From IMG/VR virus record IMGVR_UViG_3300034684_000282: DNA of 60,583 nucleotides. One strand, written 5' to 3'. Below are positions 28,352 to 37,803 of this stretch, in pieces (the first letter of the stretch is position 1; the number at the start of each line of letters is the position of its first letter). Origin of the DNA: an uncultured virus (IMG/VR IMGVR_UViG_3300034684_000282) (taxonomy: Duplodnaviria; Heunggongvirae; Uroviricota; Caudoviricetes). Made by a program: the position numbers and the translations under genes. Under the pieces are notes generated by a model, which worked only from the letters and a program-made list of their open reading frames with translations, was not told the origin of the DNA and made no database searches.

Positions 28352-30331
28352 ATGGCAAGAGAGGGAGTTCTAGTAGTAGGGAGGTTCTCCGGCTTTCACA
28401 GGGGGCACGTAGAGCTTGTAAGGAGAGCGCACTCGGACCACCCAGGCATGCTGATAGTCATTGCCGTTGTTGTGGGGAAAAAGTCTAGCCAGGATTTAGA
28501 GAAGAACCCCTTTACCTTTGAAGAGAGGAAAGAGATGATAGAGCGGGTTCTCGACAGGTTAGGTATCCAGGCCGGTATAGTGCAGGTCCCATCCGCCTAC
28601 ATACCGGACTTAGTTAGGGTGCTAAGGGAAGAGCACGACATTGACATTAAGTACGTGTACTGCGGCACCGACCGGCTTAGCTCTTACCTGAAGCAAGACT
28701 TAGAGTCAATGGGTGTTACGGTAGTGTATCTAGAGAGAGACACTTCGGCCGCCGACCCGACGCAGAGAGCCTCGGCGACCCGAGTAAGAAACGCGGTTAG
28801 GAACAATGATTACGATGAGTTCAGAGCGCTGATGCCCGAAGAGATCGACGACGGTACTCTAAGGGAAGTGTTTAACACTCTAAGGGAAGCTATGCGCCGG
28901 AAGGGTATCGCGCTAAGCGCTTCCGTGATAGAGGGCGGTATCCCACACATTGAGGACTTAAGCGTTGAGGAGTTTGTAGACTGGGTAGAGAACTTTTACG
29001 ACGAAAAGATACTGGCCGTTCAGAAGCTAGACGGAACGTTTAACATGTCGGTGTTAAAGACCGAGGGCGGGATTCAGTTCGCTAGGCTGGCGAAGGGGCA
29101 GGCGGAAACCTTTACGTCGGAGGACTTACCGAAAACTGCTGTATACAACGCGCTGAGGGGAGCGTGCGCCGCTCTAGAGACTCCAGCAGTTAGAGAAATT
29201 TTTGACAAGTATCTAGACGCGGGTGAGGCTATAGACGTTGAGGTGCTGTACGGTGACCAACCGAACACGATCCGATACAACTTAGAGAGTAACTACCTAG
29301 CCCTACTTAGGTTTATATCGGCGAGAGTCGGTAGGGATACTGAGGAAACGCTCAGTGACCTGACTGAAGAGTTGAAGCCGCTGGAAGTTAGGGTAGACAG
29401 CACCGTTTACTTCTACAATTGGGAGGCGGAAAGGTTAGACAGTACGGTTCAGGAAGAAGTGTGGAAGTTTACAAAGCCCGGGATACTGGACAAGCTGAGC
29501 CGCAGGGTTGACTTTACTAAAGACTTAAGTACTTTGAAAGACTGGTTAGAGTTAAAGAACCAGCTGATACCTGAACTCACTAACCTTGAGGTTATGGGTG
29601 TTAACTTAAGCAAGGTCAAGGCGAGTGACAGACCGCTGTACACCGAGGCTAGGGAGAGAGCTCTAGAGGAAGCCGGCAATTTAAAACTAAACATTAAAAA
29701 TAAGATGGTGGAGAGAATTCTTAAGAACGCTAACTTTGAGATCGGTAGTACTAACCAAGAGGGTTTAGTACTGCGTAACTTAGAGACCGGTAAGATGACG
29801 AAGTTGGTTGACAAGGAAGCGTTTACTAAGGAAAACAAGGCTAGCTGGTACTACACAGAGCTAGCTACTAAGGGTGTTAGGGTAGGCGACAAGTACGTCC
29901 CCGGCATTACGGCTAGTTACTTTGACTTTTGCGCTTCAACGCTCGACATACCCATGCTAAGGCTGAGGGAAAAGTTTTGGAAGAAGTTGAAGAGTGGTAA
30001 GTCCGACGTTAAGGCTAACATTAGAGACTACTTGGTAGCTAACGACGTTCGGGTAAGCAACCTCGGTGAAAAGCTAGTACTAATGAAGAGAGAGGCCGGC
30101 GAGGCAATCCGTAGTCTGCACGACTTAAAGGATAGAGTTTTAAGTGATGGAAACCTAACGGACACCGTTAGAAAAAGAACACTGAACTCGCTAGGGCTAA
30201 TCAACGACAGCTTTAAAAACTTAATCAGTGACTTAAACTCTATGCTAAGTTCGAGTGAGTTTAGGGAGATGGGCAGCTACGACCAGCTCACCGAGTGTGT
30301 GTTTGTCTTACTAAAGAACTTTACAAATTAG
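28352..30331 (+). CDS. HIGH-family nucleotidyltransferase fused to ligase-like (KxDG) domain
   Basis: GRFSGFHRGH, KNPFTFEER, GTDR, SATRVR; then HIEDL...QKLDG...EGLVLR...KLVDK. Confidence 0.75.
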   Translation: MAREGVLVVGRFSGFHRGHVELVRRAHSDHPGMLIVIAVVVGKKSSQDLEKNPFTFEERKEMIERVLDRLGIQAGIVQVPSAYIPDLVRVLREEHDIDIKYVYCGTDRLSSYLKQDLESMGVTVVYLERDTSAADPTQRASATRVRNAVRNNDYDEFRALMPEEIDDGTLREVFNTLREAMRRKGIALSASVIEGGIPHIEDLSVEEFVDWVENFYDEKILAVQKLDGTFNMSVLKTEGGIQFARLAKGQAETFTSEDLPKTAVYNALRGACAALETPAVREIFDKYLDAGEAIDVEVLYGDQPNTIRYNLESNYLALLRFISARVGRDTEETLSDLTEELKPLEVRVDSTVYFYNWEAERLDSTVQEEVWKFTKPGILDKLSRRVDFTKDLSTLKDWLELKNQLIPELTNLEVMGVNLSKVKASDRPLYTEARERALEEAGNLKLNIKNKMVERILKNANFEIGSTNQEGLVLRNLETGKMTKLVDKEAFTKENKASWYYTELATKGVRVGDKYVPGITASYFDFCASTLDIPMLRLREKFWKKLKSGKSDVKANIRDYLVANDVRVSNLGEKLVLMKREAGEAIRSLHDLKDRVLSDGNLTDTVRKRTLNSLGLINDSFKNLISDLNSMLSSSEFREMGSYDQLTECVFVLLKNFTN

Positions 30332-30385
30332 AAAAAAAAAAAAAAAAATACAGAGGGCGTGTCTTACACATGCTCTCTTTTTTTT
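30332..30385. terminator. bidirectional terminator between convergent genes
   Basis: A17 run, AGAGGGCGTGT/ACATGCTCTCT stem, then a T run. Confidence 0.7.
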
Positions 30386-30412
30386 GTTTAACAGTTGTAT
30401 TTTTTAAGACTA

Positions 30413-31327
30413 CTATAAGTTTTCTAAGTTAGTTTGGTGTAGTACAATGAAGATGTCCGTACCGTCTAACTTATTGATGTAGCTGACTAGATTACTACTG
30501 CTGTTTAGAGTATTCTTTAACGCCTGCTTTATGTCATAGTCAGTCACCGGTATAATGCTCATGTGTAGCCAGTACTCTCTGCCGCTCTTTGCCGTGTACT
30601 TGTACTTAAGTTCGGAGTATTCTGCCGCCGCGACTTTTTCCTTAATAGTGTCTAAAACGTAGTCGTCGACGTTTAGTTCAAATATAGCGTTAATCGGTTT
30701 GTTTAGTATCTCCTCCCTCTTGTAGCCGGTTATCTCCGTTAGTTTAGCGTTTGAGTAGATTATCTTCGGTAGCTTACAGCTTTCATTTTTTCTAGATATC
30801 AGGATTCCGTCGCGAGTATTCTCAATTATTGACGCAAACACACCCAAGTACTTGAATGACTTTGCTTCTTCGGTTACGTCGTTGAAAAACAGCACGATAT
30901 TCTTTTTAAAGCCGGCTTTAAAATACGACGGTTGAACACTAATGTACCTTACTCCCTTTAGAGTGTTTATCTTAACGATCTTATCACACGCGGTGTTACC
31001 CCTTTTACTCGAGCGTTTAATTTCTAGGTAATCCTCGAAATTTTCAAACACGCTGAGTAAGCTTATACTCGCTTCCTCAGAGTTTTCCCCGTCATCATTG
31101 CTCACCCTACCCTTTATGAGCTTGTAGAAGTGCTTGTTGTAGTCAACAATCTCGTTACTGTGAGAGTTGACTATACAGACGGGCACCGATATGTTTTTTA
31201 AGCCGTTTGTTAGAGACTGTATGTAACACCTACTTGACTTAATAAACATTAGCAGTGACAGTATTAGTATTGTTAGTATTGACGAGAAAACAGCAGCTAC
31301 TAACAGCGTATTCATTAAAAATTCCAT
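30413..31327 (-). CDS. membrane-anchored tandem PAS-domain protein
   Basis: N-terminal transmembrane helix; PVCIVN...IVDYNKHF; IIENTRDGILIS...IIYSNAKLTEITGYKREEILNK...KSGREYW. Confidence 0.8.
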   Translation of the reverse strand: MEFLMNTLLVAAVFSSILTILILSLLMFIKSSRCYIQSLTNGLKNISVPVCIVNSHSNEIVDYNKHFYKLIKGRVSNDDGENSEEASISLLSVFENFEDYLEIKRSSKRGNTACDKIVKINTLKGVRYISVQPSYFKAGFKKNIVLFFNDVTEEAKSFKYLGVFASIIENTRDGILISRKNESCKLPKIIYSNAKLTEITGYKREEILNKPINAIFELNVDDYVLDTIKEKVAAAEYSELKYKYTAKSGREYWLHMSIIPVTDYDIKQALKNTLNSSSNLVSYINKLDGTDIFIVLHQTNLENL

Positions 31328-31333
31328 CCCTCG

Positions 31334-32119
31334 CTACACTACTATACTAGACTGAGTGTCTCTTAAGTATAGTAGTACCGTTGAGTTAATATCATCTTCT
31401 AGAGCTTGTAGTACTATAGAGATTTCATACAACTTTTCCGTTGGTTTCTTATCCCTATTAATCTCAGTAATTAAACTGTCTATAGTATTATTAATTTTAT
31501 TTTTTAACTCAGCCGACAGTTTCTCATCTACGTTGTGAGACCTGATGTTTTGGTGGACGAAGTCTACGTAGCGTTTTGTTATGTCGCTTAGGGAGTTTTT
31601 AAAGTTAGTGTTGATAATCTGCGACGACTCTTGACTGTAGGTTAGCAGGTACTTTAAGCACTCTTTGAATACTTCGTTCCACAACCCCTCCGTTCTAAGG
31701 TCAAGTATGAGCTTTAGGGCTCTTATGTTGGGCGTTCCCTTTATACTCTCGTTTAACTCTGTCGAACACGCTAGTATTCTCTCCGTGGTTGACTCTATGT
31801 GGCGTATTATCGACTTTATTAGATCATAGTCTTCCTTAAAGTTCTCAGCCATGTCGCCCAGTTCCTTTAAGTGATCGATAGACTCGTTGATGGTGTTTAG
31901 CTTAATCACAGTGATCGGATACAGGAAGATAGTTATTAAGATGTTTGTAATTATTAGGATAACTAGTAGGTACTCCTGGTTAGACAAGTACTCAATGTCT
32001 ATACCTAGTATGTTTAGCCCAACTAGTATTAGTAGGATTATAGTGATTAGAAAGTTTTTTCCGGACACATTATTACCGTCGGAGAATATTTTGTCAAGAA
32101 TTTTGTCGATAAAATTCAT
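31334..32119 (-). CDS. two-TM membrane protein with helical cytoplasmic domain
   Basis: Two hydrophobic helices near the N-terminus. Co-oriented with the PAS gene, 6 bp apart. Confidence 0.65.
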   Translation of the reverse strand: MNFIDKILDKIFSDGNNVSGKNFLITIILLILVGLNILGIDIEYLSNQEYLLVILIITNILITIFLYPITVIKLNTINESIDHLKELGDMAENFKEDYDLIKSIIRHIESTTERILACSTELNESIKGTPNIRALKLILDLRTEGLWNEVFKECLKYLLTYSQESSQIINTNFKNSLSDITKRYVDFVHQNIRSHNVDEKLSAELKNKINNTIDSLITEINRDKKPTEKLYEISIVLQALEDDINSTVLLYLRDTQSSIVV

Positions 32120-32196
32120 TGTTAGACCTCGCGCTTAATAGGATTGAGCACAAAATTAAGTTTACTTTTAGAACTGTCGAGCGACTAAAGTTGGCT

Positions 32197-32226
32197 GTTT
32201 ACAAGAGGGCGCTGGTGTGTTATAAT
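32197..32226 (+). promoter_or_regulatory. early promoter GTTTAC-N18-TATAAT with extended -10
   Basis: The same motif and spacing recur at 34447, 47966, 48844, 49879, 52152, 56209, 57555 and 59707. Confidence 0.85.
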
Positions 32227-32271
32227 TCAACTACAAAGACAACAGTTTGTATACTGTAAAGGAGAGGTTAC

Positions 32272-33399
32272 ATGGCTAAGAGTCTGAAGGCTTTTTTGCA
32301 AAAAACGTATCCAGACGCGATGGATACTGACATAATATCGGAAGTAAGGTACCTTAACACCGAGATACCGACCGTTAACTACGTGATATCGGGTAAACCG
32401 CTGACCGGCGGTCTACCGCTGACGGGAAAAATCACTATAATGTACGGTCCGGAGGGTTGCGGTAAAACAAGTTTTGTCGTTCATATGATCGCGAGAGCAC
32501 AGCGCGCTAGTATCGACGTTGTATACATTGACACGGAGAGGTCGATAACGAGACCCAGGCTGGAGCAGTTCGGGGTTAACGTCGAGGAGCTAAACTACCT
32601 GACTCCGGAAACTATGGAGGAGTGCTTCGACATTATCGAGGCTGTCTGTAGGGAGAAGATGGCAAGCGGCGACAGGGAGCCTGTACTAATAGTTTGGGAC
32701 TCCATAGCGATGACTCCGACTTCCGACGAGATTAACAGAACGTCCGAGGACGTTGAGATCGCGTCTCAAGCTAGGGTGCTGACCCGCAACCTGCGGCGAA
32801 TCAGGGGAAAGATAAAGCGAATTGAAGCCTCGCTACTGTTAGTCAACCAGGCTAGAGCTAACCAAGCAAGGTTTGGAGACTTGTTTACGATGCCCGGTGG
32901 GTACGCGCTGCACCACGCGGCCGACGTTATCCTGCGCGTTAACCGAGTCAAGCCGGACGAGTCGGGGCAGGGGATTAAGATCTCAACGCCAATAAAAAAC
33001 AGGCTCTTTAGACCGTTTCAAAGCACTACCCTGAGGTTTGAGTACACCGACGGCTTTACTAAGGAAAACATAGTCGACGCTTTCTGTGACTTCCTTAAGG
33101 ACATCGAGATACTGGGCACGGCTGGGCCGTACTGCTACTTAGAGACCGACGTGCAGAGGATAGCAAAGAGCGAGGGTATAGACAGTAGGGAAGCTGTTAA
33201 GAAAGCTGACAAGTTTTTTAAGAAGGACTTTGTCAAGCGCTTGATTGAGGATCAAGACTACTACAGTGAGATGCTGAGGGTAGCCGAGGAGTACGTTAAC
33301 ACTAACATTGCTAAAGTTTCCCAGATACTTCTAGACAAAGAGCTGACCGAGGAAGAGTTAAAGTCTATCGACGGAGAGAGTGGAGGGGTGATCCAGTGA
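32272..33399 (+). CDS. recA: RecA/UvsX recombinase
   Basis: GGLP..GKITIMYGPEGCGKT, YIDTE, IVWDSIA, LVNQ, PGGYAL.H. Confidence 0.92.
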   Translation: MAKSLKAFLQKTYPDAMDTDIISEVRYLNTEIPTVNYVISGKPLTGGLPLTGKITIMYGPEGCGKTSFVVHMIARAQRASIDVVYIDTERSITRPRLEQFGVNVEELNYLTPETMEECFDIIEAVCREKMASGDREPVLIVWDSIAMTPTSDEINRTSEDVEIASQARVLTRNLRRIRGKIKRIEASLLLVNQARANQARFGDLFTMPGGYALHHAADVILRVNRVKPDESGQGIKISTPIKNRLFRPFQSTTLRFEYTDGFTKENIVDAFCDFLKDIEILGTAGPYCYLETDVQRIAKSEGIDSREAVKKADKFFKKDFVKRLIEDQDYYSEMLRVAEEYVNTNIAKVSQILLDKELTEEELKSIDGESGGVIQ

Positions 33400-34403
33400 G
33401 TAAAGTAACGCTGCTAGACTACAAGTTAACTATTGGTGAAAAGATTAAGTATATTCATGATAGGTTGAGCTTAGAAAGCATACCGCTGGAGGAGCTCAGT
33501 GGGGTTGTTTTTTCCGAAACCCTCGAAGCTCAGTACCGCATGATGAGGGACCACTTAAACAAGAATACTATTCGAAAAAGGTTTTTTGACCAGAGTTTAA
33601 AAAACAAGGAGCTACTTAACACATACTACAGCCACGCTTATACACACAACCACGTAGCCTTCGAGGACGAAGTTTTTGAGGTGTTAGACGCGGTAAACGG
33701 TTTAAGCGACGTTAGTGAGACTCCTGAAAGAGTTAAATTAAAAAAACTTTTAGTATTGGAAGAGTTAATCGATGTGTATCACTTTTTGTTAGAGTACTCT
33801 TGCCTCTTGAAGGAGCACACTCTGATGCAGATAGAGTGTGCTAAGTACGGCGAGCGAAAGAAGGACTTTACGGTAGCGGACTTAGAGAGGTTTTTAACTC
33901 TCGACGATAACTTCGGTGTAGAGTACTACGAGGGTAGAAAGTACAACGTGTTTGACTTCCTGAGGCTTGAGGGAAAACACGTGTCGTACGACATATTCTC
34001 TAAGGAGTTTCCTTTAAACCTACACAGTATACCGTCTAACTGTAGCGGTAAGCAGGCTCTGTTCTACTTATTTCAGCTAAACCGAGAGTTTGTAAGGAAC
34101 TGTAACTTTAAGGATTGGAAGACGTACTCGGAGGACTTTTACGACGCTGTTAAGTTTGCCGGACTCAACAACGTTGTAAGAAAGATGTATTACGTGTTTA
34201 TGCGAGTGTTTTCTTCCTACGTACACTTTGTCAACGTTTTGTACACCAACGGGGTAAGGTTTGCCAAGTCAAACTACGCTGACTCTCTGCAAGTCATATA
34301 CGGAATCTACATGGCTAAGAGAGAGGAAAACATCAGGCGCCAGCGGAGTGACCCCAGGTATACGGGTGAGAGTAGCGGGGAGGTTGTCGGAGTAGACGTC
34401 TGA
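33396..34403 (+). CDS. dimeric dUTPase / MazG-like NTP pyrophosphatase
   Basis: EVFE...EELIDVYHFL, FKDWK, IYMAKREENIRRQ. Confidence 0.65.
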   Translation: MSKVTLLDYKLTIGEKIKYIHDRLSLESIPLEELSGVVFSETLEAQYRMMRDHLNKNTIRKRFFDQSLKNKELLNTYYSHAYTHNHVAFEDEVFEVLDAVNGLSDVSETPERVKLKKLLVLEELIDVYHFLLEYSCLLKEHTLMQIECAKYGERKKDFTVADLERFLTLDDNFGVEYYEGRKYNVFDFLRLEGKHVSYDIFSKEFPLNLHSIPSNCSGKQALFYLFQLNREFVRNCNFKDWKTYSEDFYDAVKFAGLNNVVRKMYYVFMRVFSSYVHFVNVLYTNGVRFAKSNYADSLQVIYGIYMAKREENIRRQRSDPRYTGESSGEVVGVDV

Positions 34404-34446
34404 GTATGATTGGACTACTAAAAACAGTGTTTTCACCGTTTCTACT

Positions 34447-34476
34447 GTTTACTTTTGGGCATAGTGGTGGTATAAT
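34447..34476 (+). promoter_or_regulatory. early promoter
   Basis: GTTTACT...GTGGTATAAT. Confidence 0.85.
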
Positions 34477-34518
34477 AGAAATGCAGTAGAGATAGGGTTG
34501 AAGGGAGGTTTTAGTTAG

Positions 34519-34737
34519 GTGGGTAGAGAGAGAAAGAATGCTAAGAGTAAAAAAGTAAAGAGTGCCAAGAGTAAAAAAGTAGCGGTAGGTAGAGAAGTAG
34601 CTGAGGGTGAAGCGGAGGTAAAACAACCCCCACTGTACACCTTTGAACTGTGCGAAACGTGTACAAGGGACTGTAAGATAGCTGGAATTAGAGGGTCCGA
34701 ACTAGTACGCTGCCCTGACTACAAAAAGATAAGTTAA
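34519..34737 (+). CDS. small basic Cys-containing protein
   Basis: GGAGG RBS; CxxCxxxC...C. Confidence 0.55.
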   Translation: MGRERKNAKSKKVKSAKSKKVAVGREVAEGEAEVKQPPLYTFELCETCTRDCKIAGIRGSELVRCPDYKKIS

Positions 34738-34769
34738 ACTTAGTGGACTGTTAGAGGAGGTGGACAGGT

Positions 34770-34976
34770 GTGAAGTGTGTTTTATGCGGGCAAAAGAACG
34801 TAGACGGGGCTGTAGACCAGTTCGGTGACTTCGTCTGTGTAGACTGCTTCGCAACCGGCGATGCCGCCGTTGCTGGGCGTGTAGCTAAGGTGTTAGCACC
34901 GGTACCGGGGTACGACTACAGTGGTTTAAATCACCAGAAAATTTTAGACGCTTACAACAAATACAGTAGGGAGTGA
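34770..34976 (+). CDS. small zinc-finger protein
   Basis: CxxC...CxxC; GGAGG RBS. Confidence 0.6.
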   Translation: MKCVLCGQKNVDGAVDQFGDFVCVDCFATGDAAVAGRVAKVLAPVPGYDYSGLNHQKILDAYNKYSRE

Positions 34977-35263
34977 TAGAAGTGGCGGAAGAAGTGTGGA
35001 TATCCAAGGCAGCTGCGAGTTATTTGAAAACCGCGGATATTGAGGACATAATGTGCGGTAACTGCCCGGCGGTTGAGTCTTACCCCGGAAGCTTTGACTA
35101 CGTGTCTGGCTTCGGGGAGCCGCCGACTGAGGAGTGCCCCTGCGACTTTAACTTAGGGTGTAAGGAGTGTTACATGAAGCAGGAGTACGAAGATGTTATA
35201 TACACCCTTGTAGAGCTTGATAAAATGCTAGGGCTTAAGCAGCCGGTTAAGATTACACTATAG
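34973..35263 (+). CDS. hypothetical Cys-rich protein
   Basis: Coupled to the previous gene; six cysteines. Confidence 0.6.
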   Translation: MIEVAEEVWISKAAASYLKTADIEDIMCGNCPAVESYPGSFDYVSGFGEPPTEECPCDFNLGCKECYMKQEYEDVIYTLVELDKMLGLKQPVKITL

Positions 35264-35265
35264 CT

Positions 35266-35565
35266 ATGAAGTTTAACAAATACCTTGCCGAGCTCTTAAG
35301 TACTGAGGTTAGAATTTCCGACTCGGAGATTAAGGCTCTGGCCGACCTTAGCCGTAGTACGGACGCTCACATTAGGGAAACTTACAGCGGCGGTAGGTAT
35401 CTTATGATGATTAAATTCGACGGTAGAGACGACGGGGAAGAGACGGTACTCTTAGCTTCGGTTAGTAAAGACGAGTATAAGAAACTGAGTAGAGAATTCT
35501 TTAGCAAGTTTGTTGAGTTCGGCGGTAGTATTGGTTTGGAGGGTGCGTTTGCGGAGGAAGTGTAA
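35266..35565 (+). CDS. hypothetical protein
   Basis: Operon packing with the preceding genes. Confidence 0.6.
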   Translation: MKFNKYLAELLSTEVRISDSEIKALADLSRSTDAHIRETYSGGRYLMMIKFDGRDDGEETVLLASVSKDEYKKLSREFFSKFVEFGGSIGLEGAFAEEV

Positions 35566-35580
35566 GTTAGTTTTAGCGGC

Positions 35581-35655
35581 GGCCCCGTAGTGTAGCGTGC
35601 AGCACAGCGGACTTTCTATCCGCCGGCGCGGGTTCGAATCCCGCCGGGGCTACCA
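35581..35655 (+). tRNA. tRNA-Glu(TTC), atypical
   Basis: Cloverleaf: GGCCCCG/CGGGGCT acceptor plus ACCA; GCGGA-CTTTCTA-TCCGC anticodon arm; GCGGG-TTCGAAT-CCCGC T arm. Confidence 0.85.
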
Positions 35656-35684
35656 TAGAAATACAGTTAGGGAGATGGTTGTAG

Positions 35685-36017
35685 GTGTCGAGAGTCAGTC
35701 AGTACGCCGGTTTGAGTCCAAGAGCGTTGGAGTTTCTTGACAAAAACAGCAAGCGAGACATCTTTCACATTGTTAAGAGTGACAGAGTTATAGAAACGCG
35801 TGGTGAGTACCGGAAGGAAGTGTACAACACGATCAGTGACGCGTTTCCGCTGTACCGTTACTCTCTCGCTGACGGGTCCAGCGTGTACGAGTACGTTCAA
35901 GCGTCGACGCCAGTATACTTTATCGCCCTTAGGGATGAGGCTGGTAACCCTATCGAGGAGACTCTCTGGTCAGCTAAGGAAATGGAATCACACGCGTGTG
36001 AGAGAACGCAATCTTAA
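35685..36017 (+). CDS. hypothetical protein
   Basis: ORF with the phage's codon style. Confidence 0.6.
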   Translation: MSRVSQYAGLSPRALEFLDKNSKRDIFHIVKSDRVIETRGEYRKEVYNTISDAFPLYRYSLADGSSVYEYVQASTPVYFIALRDEAGNPIEETLWSAKEMESHACERTQS

Positions 36018-36064
36018 ACTTAATAGAGAACGCATGCAATAACTATTAGCTTGGAGGGATCAGC

Positions 36065-36421
36065 GTGAGCGCACCAGTTAACATCTGCGTTACGGCACCT
36101 AGTAAAGACTCCACCGTGTACTTGTACTCTCACTGGGACGGTGAGGAGATAATCTCCGTCCTTAAGGACGCTCTAGACAGGGGTAGGCCGCGGTGGAGGG
36201 ATGACTCGTACTTAGCGAGAATCATCTTCTGTGAGATGGTTAAGGATGACATCTACGGTCTAACGGGCTACGGTATCTCGGGGTACCCAACCGCCGACCC
36301 TCGGATGACCCTGTGGGTTGACGTTGACGACCAAACGGTAAGAGTTGGTGAGGCTGTCTTTACCTTCAGCGAATACGTTAACCAAGACGATGATTCTTTA
36401 AAGCGTCTTCTAACGGAGTAG
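36065..36421 (+). CDS. conserved phage hypothetical protein
   Basis: VYLYSHWDG...RWRDDSYLARIIFCEM...TGYGIS; GGAGG RBS. Confidence 0.7.
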   Translation: MSAPVNICVTAPSKDSTVYLYSHWDGEEIISVLKDALDRGRPRWRDDSYLARIIFCEMVKDDIYGLTGYGISGYPTADPRMTLWVDVDDQTVRVGEAVFTFSEYVNQDDDSLKRLLTE

Positions 36422-36501
36422 CAGTGGCGTGTGTAGCGGAGCGAGTATACTCACTTCTAGAAAAAGGAGTGCTGTTTGTAACTAACGGGCGGTGAGGTTA
36501 C

Positions 36502-36633
36502 ATGGATTCAAAAAAATTAGAAGAGTTTTTAAGTGAAAAGAATTGCGAGAGTGACGGTAAAAGTAAGAGTGACTGCGTGAGCTGCTGGGATAAGGATGAC
36601 GAGGGAAACTGGTTTCTGAGAAAGTTAAGCTGA
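36502..36633 (+). CDS. small hypothetical protein (43 aa)
   Basis: GAGGT RBS; MDSKKLEEFL...FLRKLS*. Confidence 0.5.
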   Translation: MDSKKLEEFLSEKNCESDGKSKSDCVSCWDKDDEGNWFLRKLS

Positions 36634-36670
36634 GTTAAACTTAAAAAACTACGTGTGTAGCGTGTTGAAG

Positions 36671-36737
36671 AGCTAGTCTAACCCAACTGGCGGTCAGCGT
36701 TGGTCAAAAGCTTGGGTTTGAACTAGCTGTTTTTTTT
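36671..36737 (+). terminator. long-stem terminator before the repeat-protein array
   Basis: AGCTAGTCTAACCCAA...TTGGGTTTGAACTAGCT followed by T8. Confidence 0.6.
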
Positions 36738-36824
36738 GTCCGTCAGCGTATATATTTTTTAAAGCAGGTGTGTTATAATATACACGGAGGATAGTTGAAG
36801 TGGTAGTCTTGAGGAGGGGTAGAA

Positions 36825-37604
36825 GTGAGTTTAAAAAACCTAATTGACATACTACCGGAAGAACACTTACTCAGAGTGGCGGACAACCGACCCGCGTTAG
36901 TAGACTGGAGTAAGATCTGCACGCAGATTAGGTTACCCGAAGATTTTATTGAGAGTCATGAGAATTTTATTGATTGGAACTTAGTTTTTACGTATCAGAA
37001 GCTGTCGGGTGAGTTTATTGAAAGACATAAAGATAAAGTAGACTGGAAAGTTATTTCTAAATGCCAGACTTTGTCTGAGGAATTCGTTAAAAAATTCAAG
37101 CATTTAATTGACTGGCACTGTGTTTCTAAACACCAAGCGCTGTCAGAGTCATTCATTGAGAGATTTGCGGACTTAGTTGACTGGGAAACTATCTCTAAGT
37201 TTCAGAGACTATCGGAATCGTTTATTGAGAAACACGATGATAAGATATCCTACGTGACCGTTTCCCGGTATCAGAGACTATCCGAAGCGTTTATTGAACG
37301 GCATAAGGATCAAGTTGACTGGTTTTTTATCTGCGAGTGCCAGACACTGTCCGAACCGTTTATTGAGAGACACGCGGATAGGGTTGACTGGCCGGCTGTT
37401 TCCGAAGCGCAGAGACTATCTGAGTGGTTTATCGACAAGCACGCTGACAAGGTTGAGTGGCACCGCATTTCCCAACACCAAGTACTGTCAGAAGCGTTTG
37501 TTGAAAGGCATAAAAACCGTGTTTTTTGGGTTAACATTTTTGAATATCAGGAAAATCTATCTAGAGAGTTTAAAGAAAGGTATAAAAAATTATTAGAGTT
37601 TTAA
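36825..37604 (+). CDS. 23-aa tryptophan-repeat protein 1 (10 units)
   Basis: VDWxxISxxQxLSExFIExHxDx repeats. GAGGAGG RBS; TGTTATAAT upstream. Confidence 0.9.
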   Translation: MSLKNLIDILPEEHLLRVADNRPALVDWSKICTQIRLPEDFIESHENFIDWNLVFTYQKLSGEFIERHKDKVDWKVISKCQTLSEEFVKKFKHLIDWHCVSKHQALSESFIERFADLVDWETISKFQRLSESFIEKHDDKISYVTVSRYQRLSEAFIERHKDQVDWFFICECQTLSEPFIERHADRVDWPAVSEAQRLSEWFIDKHADKVEWHRISQHQVLSEAFVERHKNRVFWVNIFEYQENLSREFKERYKKLLEF

Positions 37605-37803
37605 ACTATGGTTTGTAGTTTTATAAAACTATGATTTTTTATCTTACTTATTACAGATGTAACAAAAGTTTAAACTTTTAGTAGGGGGAGTTCAACTAGC
37701 TAGGACTCTCCTTCATTTTTTTCTATAAACGGCTAATATTGTTAAATTAATATAGTTCACAGCTAAATATTAAAGATAAGAGTTTCGTTTGGGAGTGATA
37801 GAA

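Noticed and set aside
30332..30348. A17 homopolymer as a phase-variation tract
   Set aside because: It is intergenic between convergent genes and next to a hairpin. It is best explained as a terminator tail, and its length may be a sequencing artefact.
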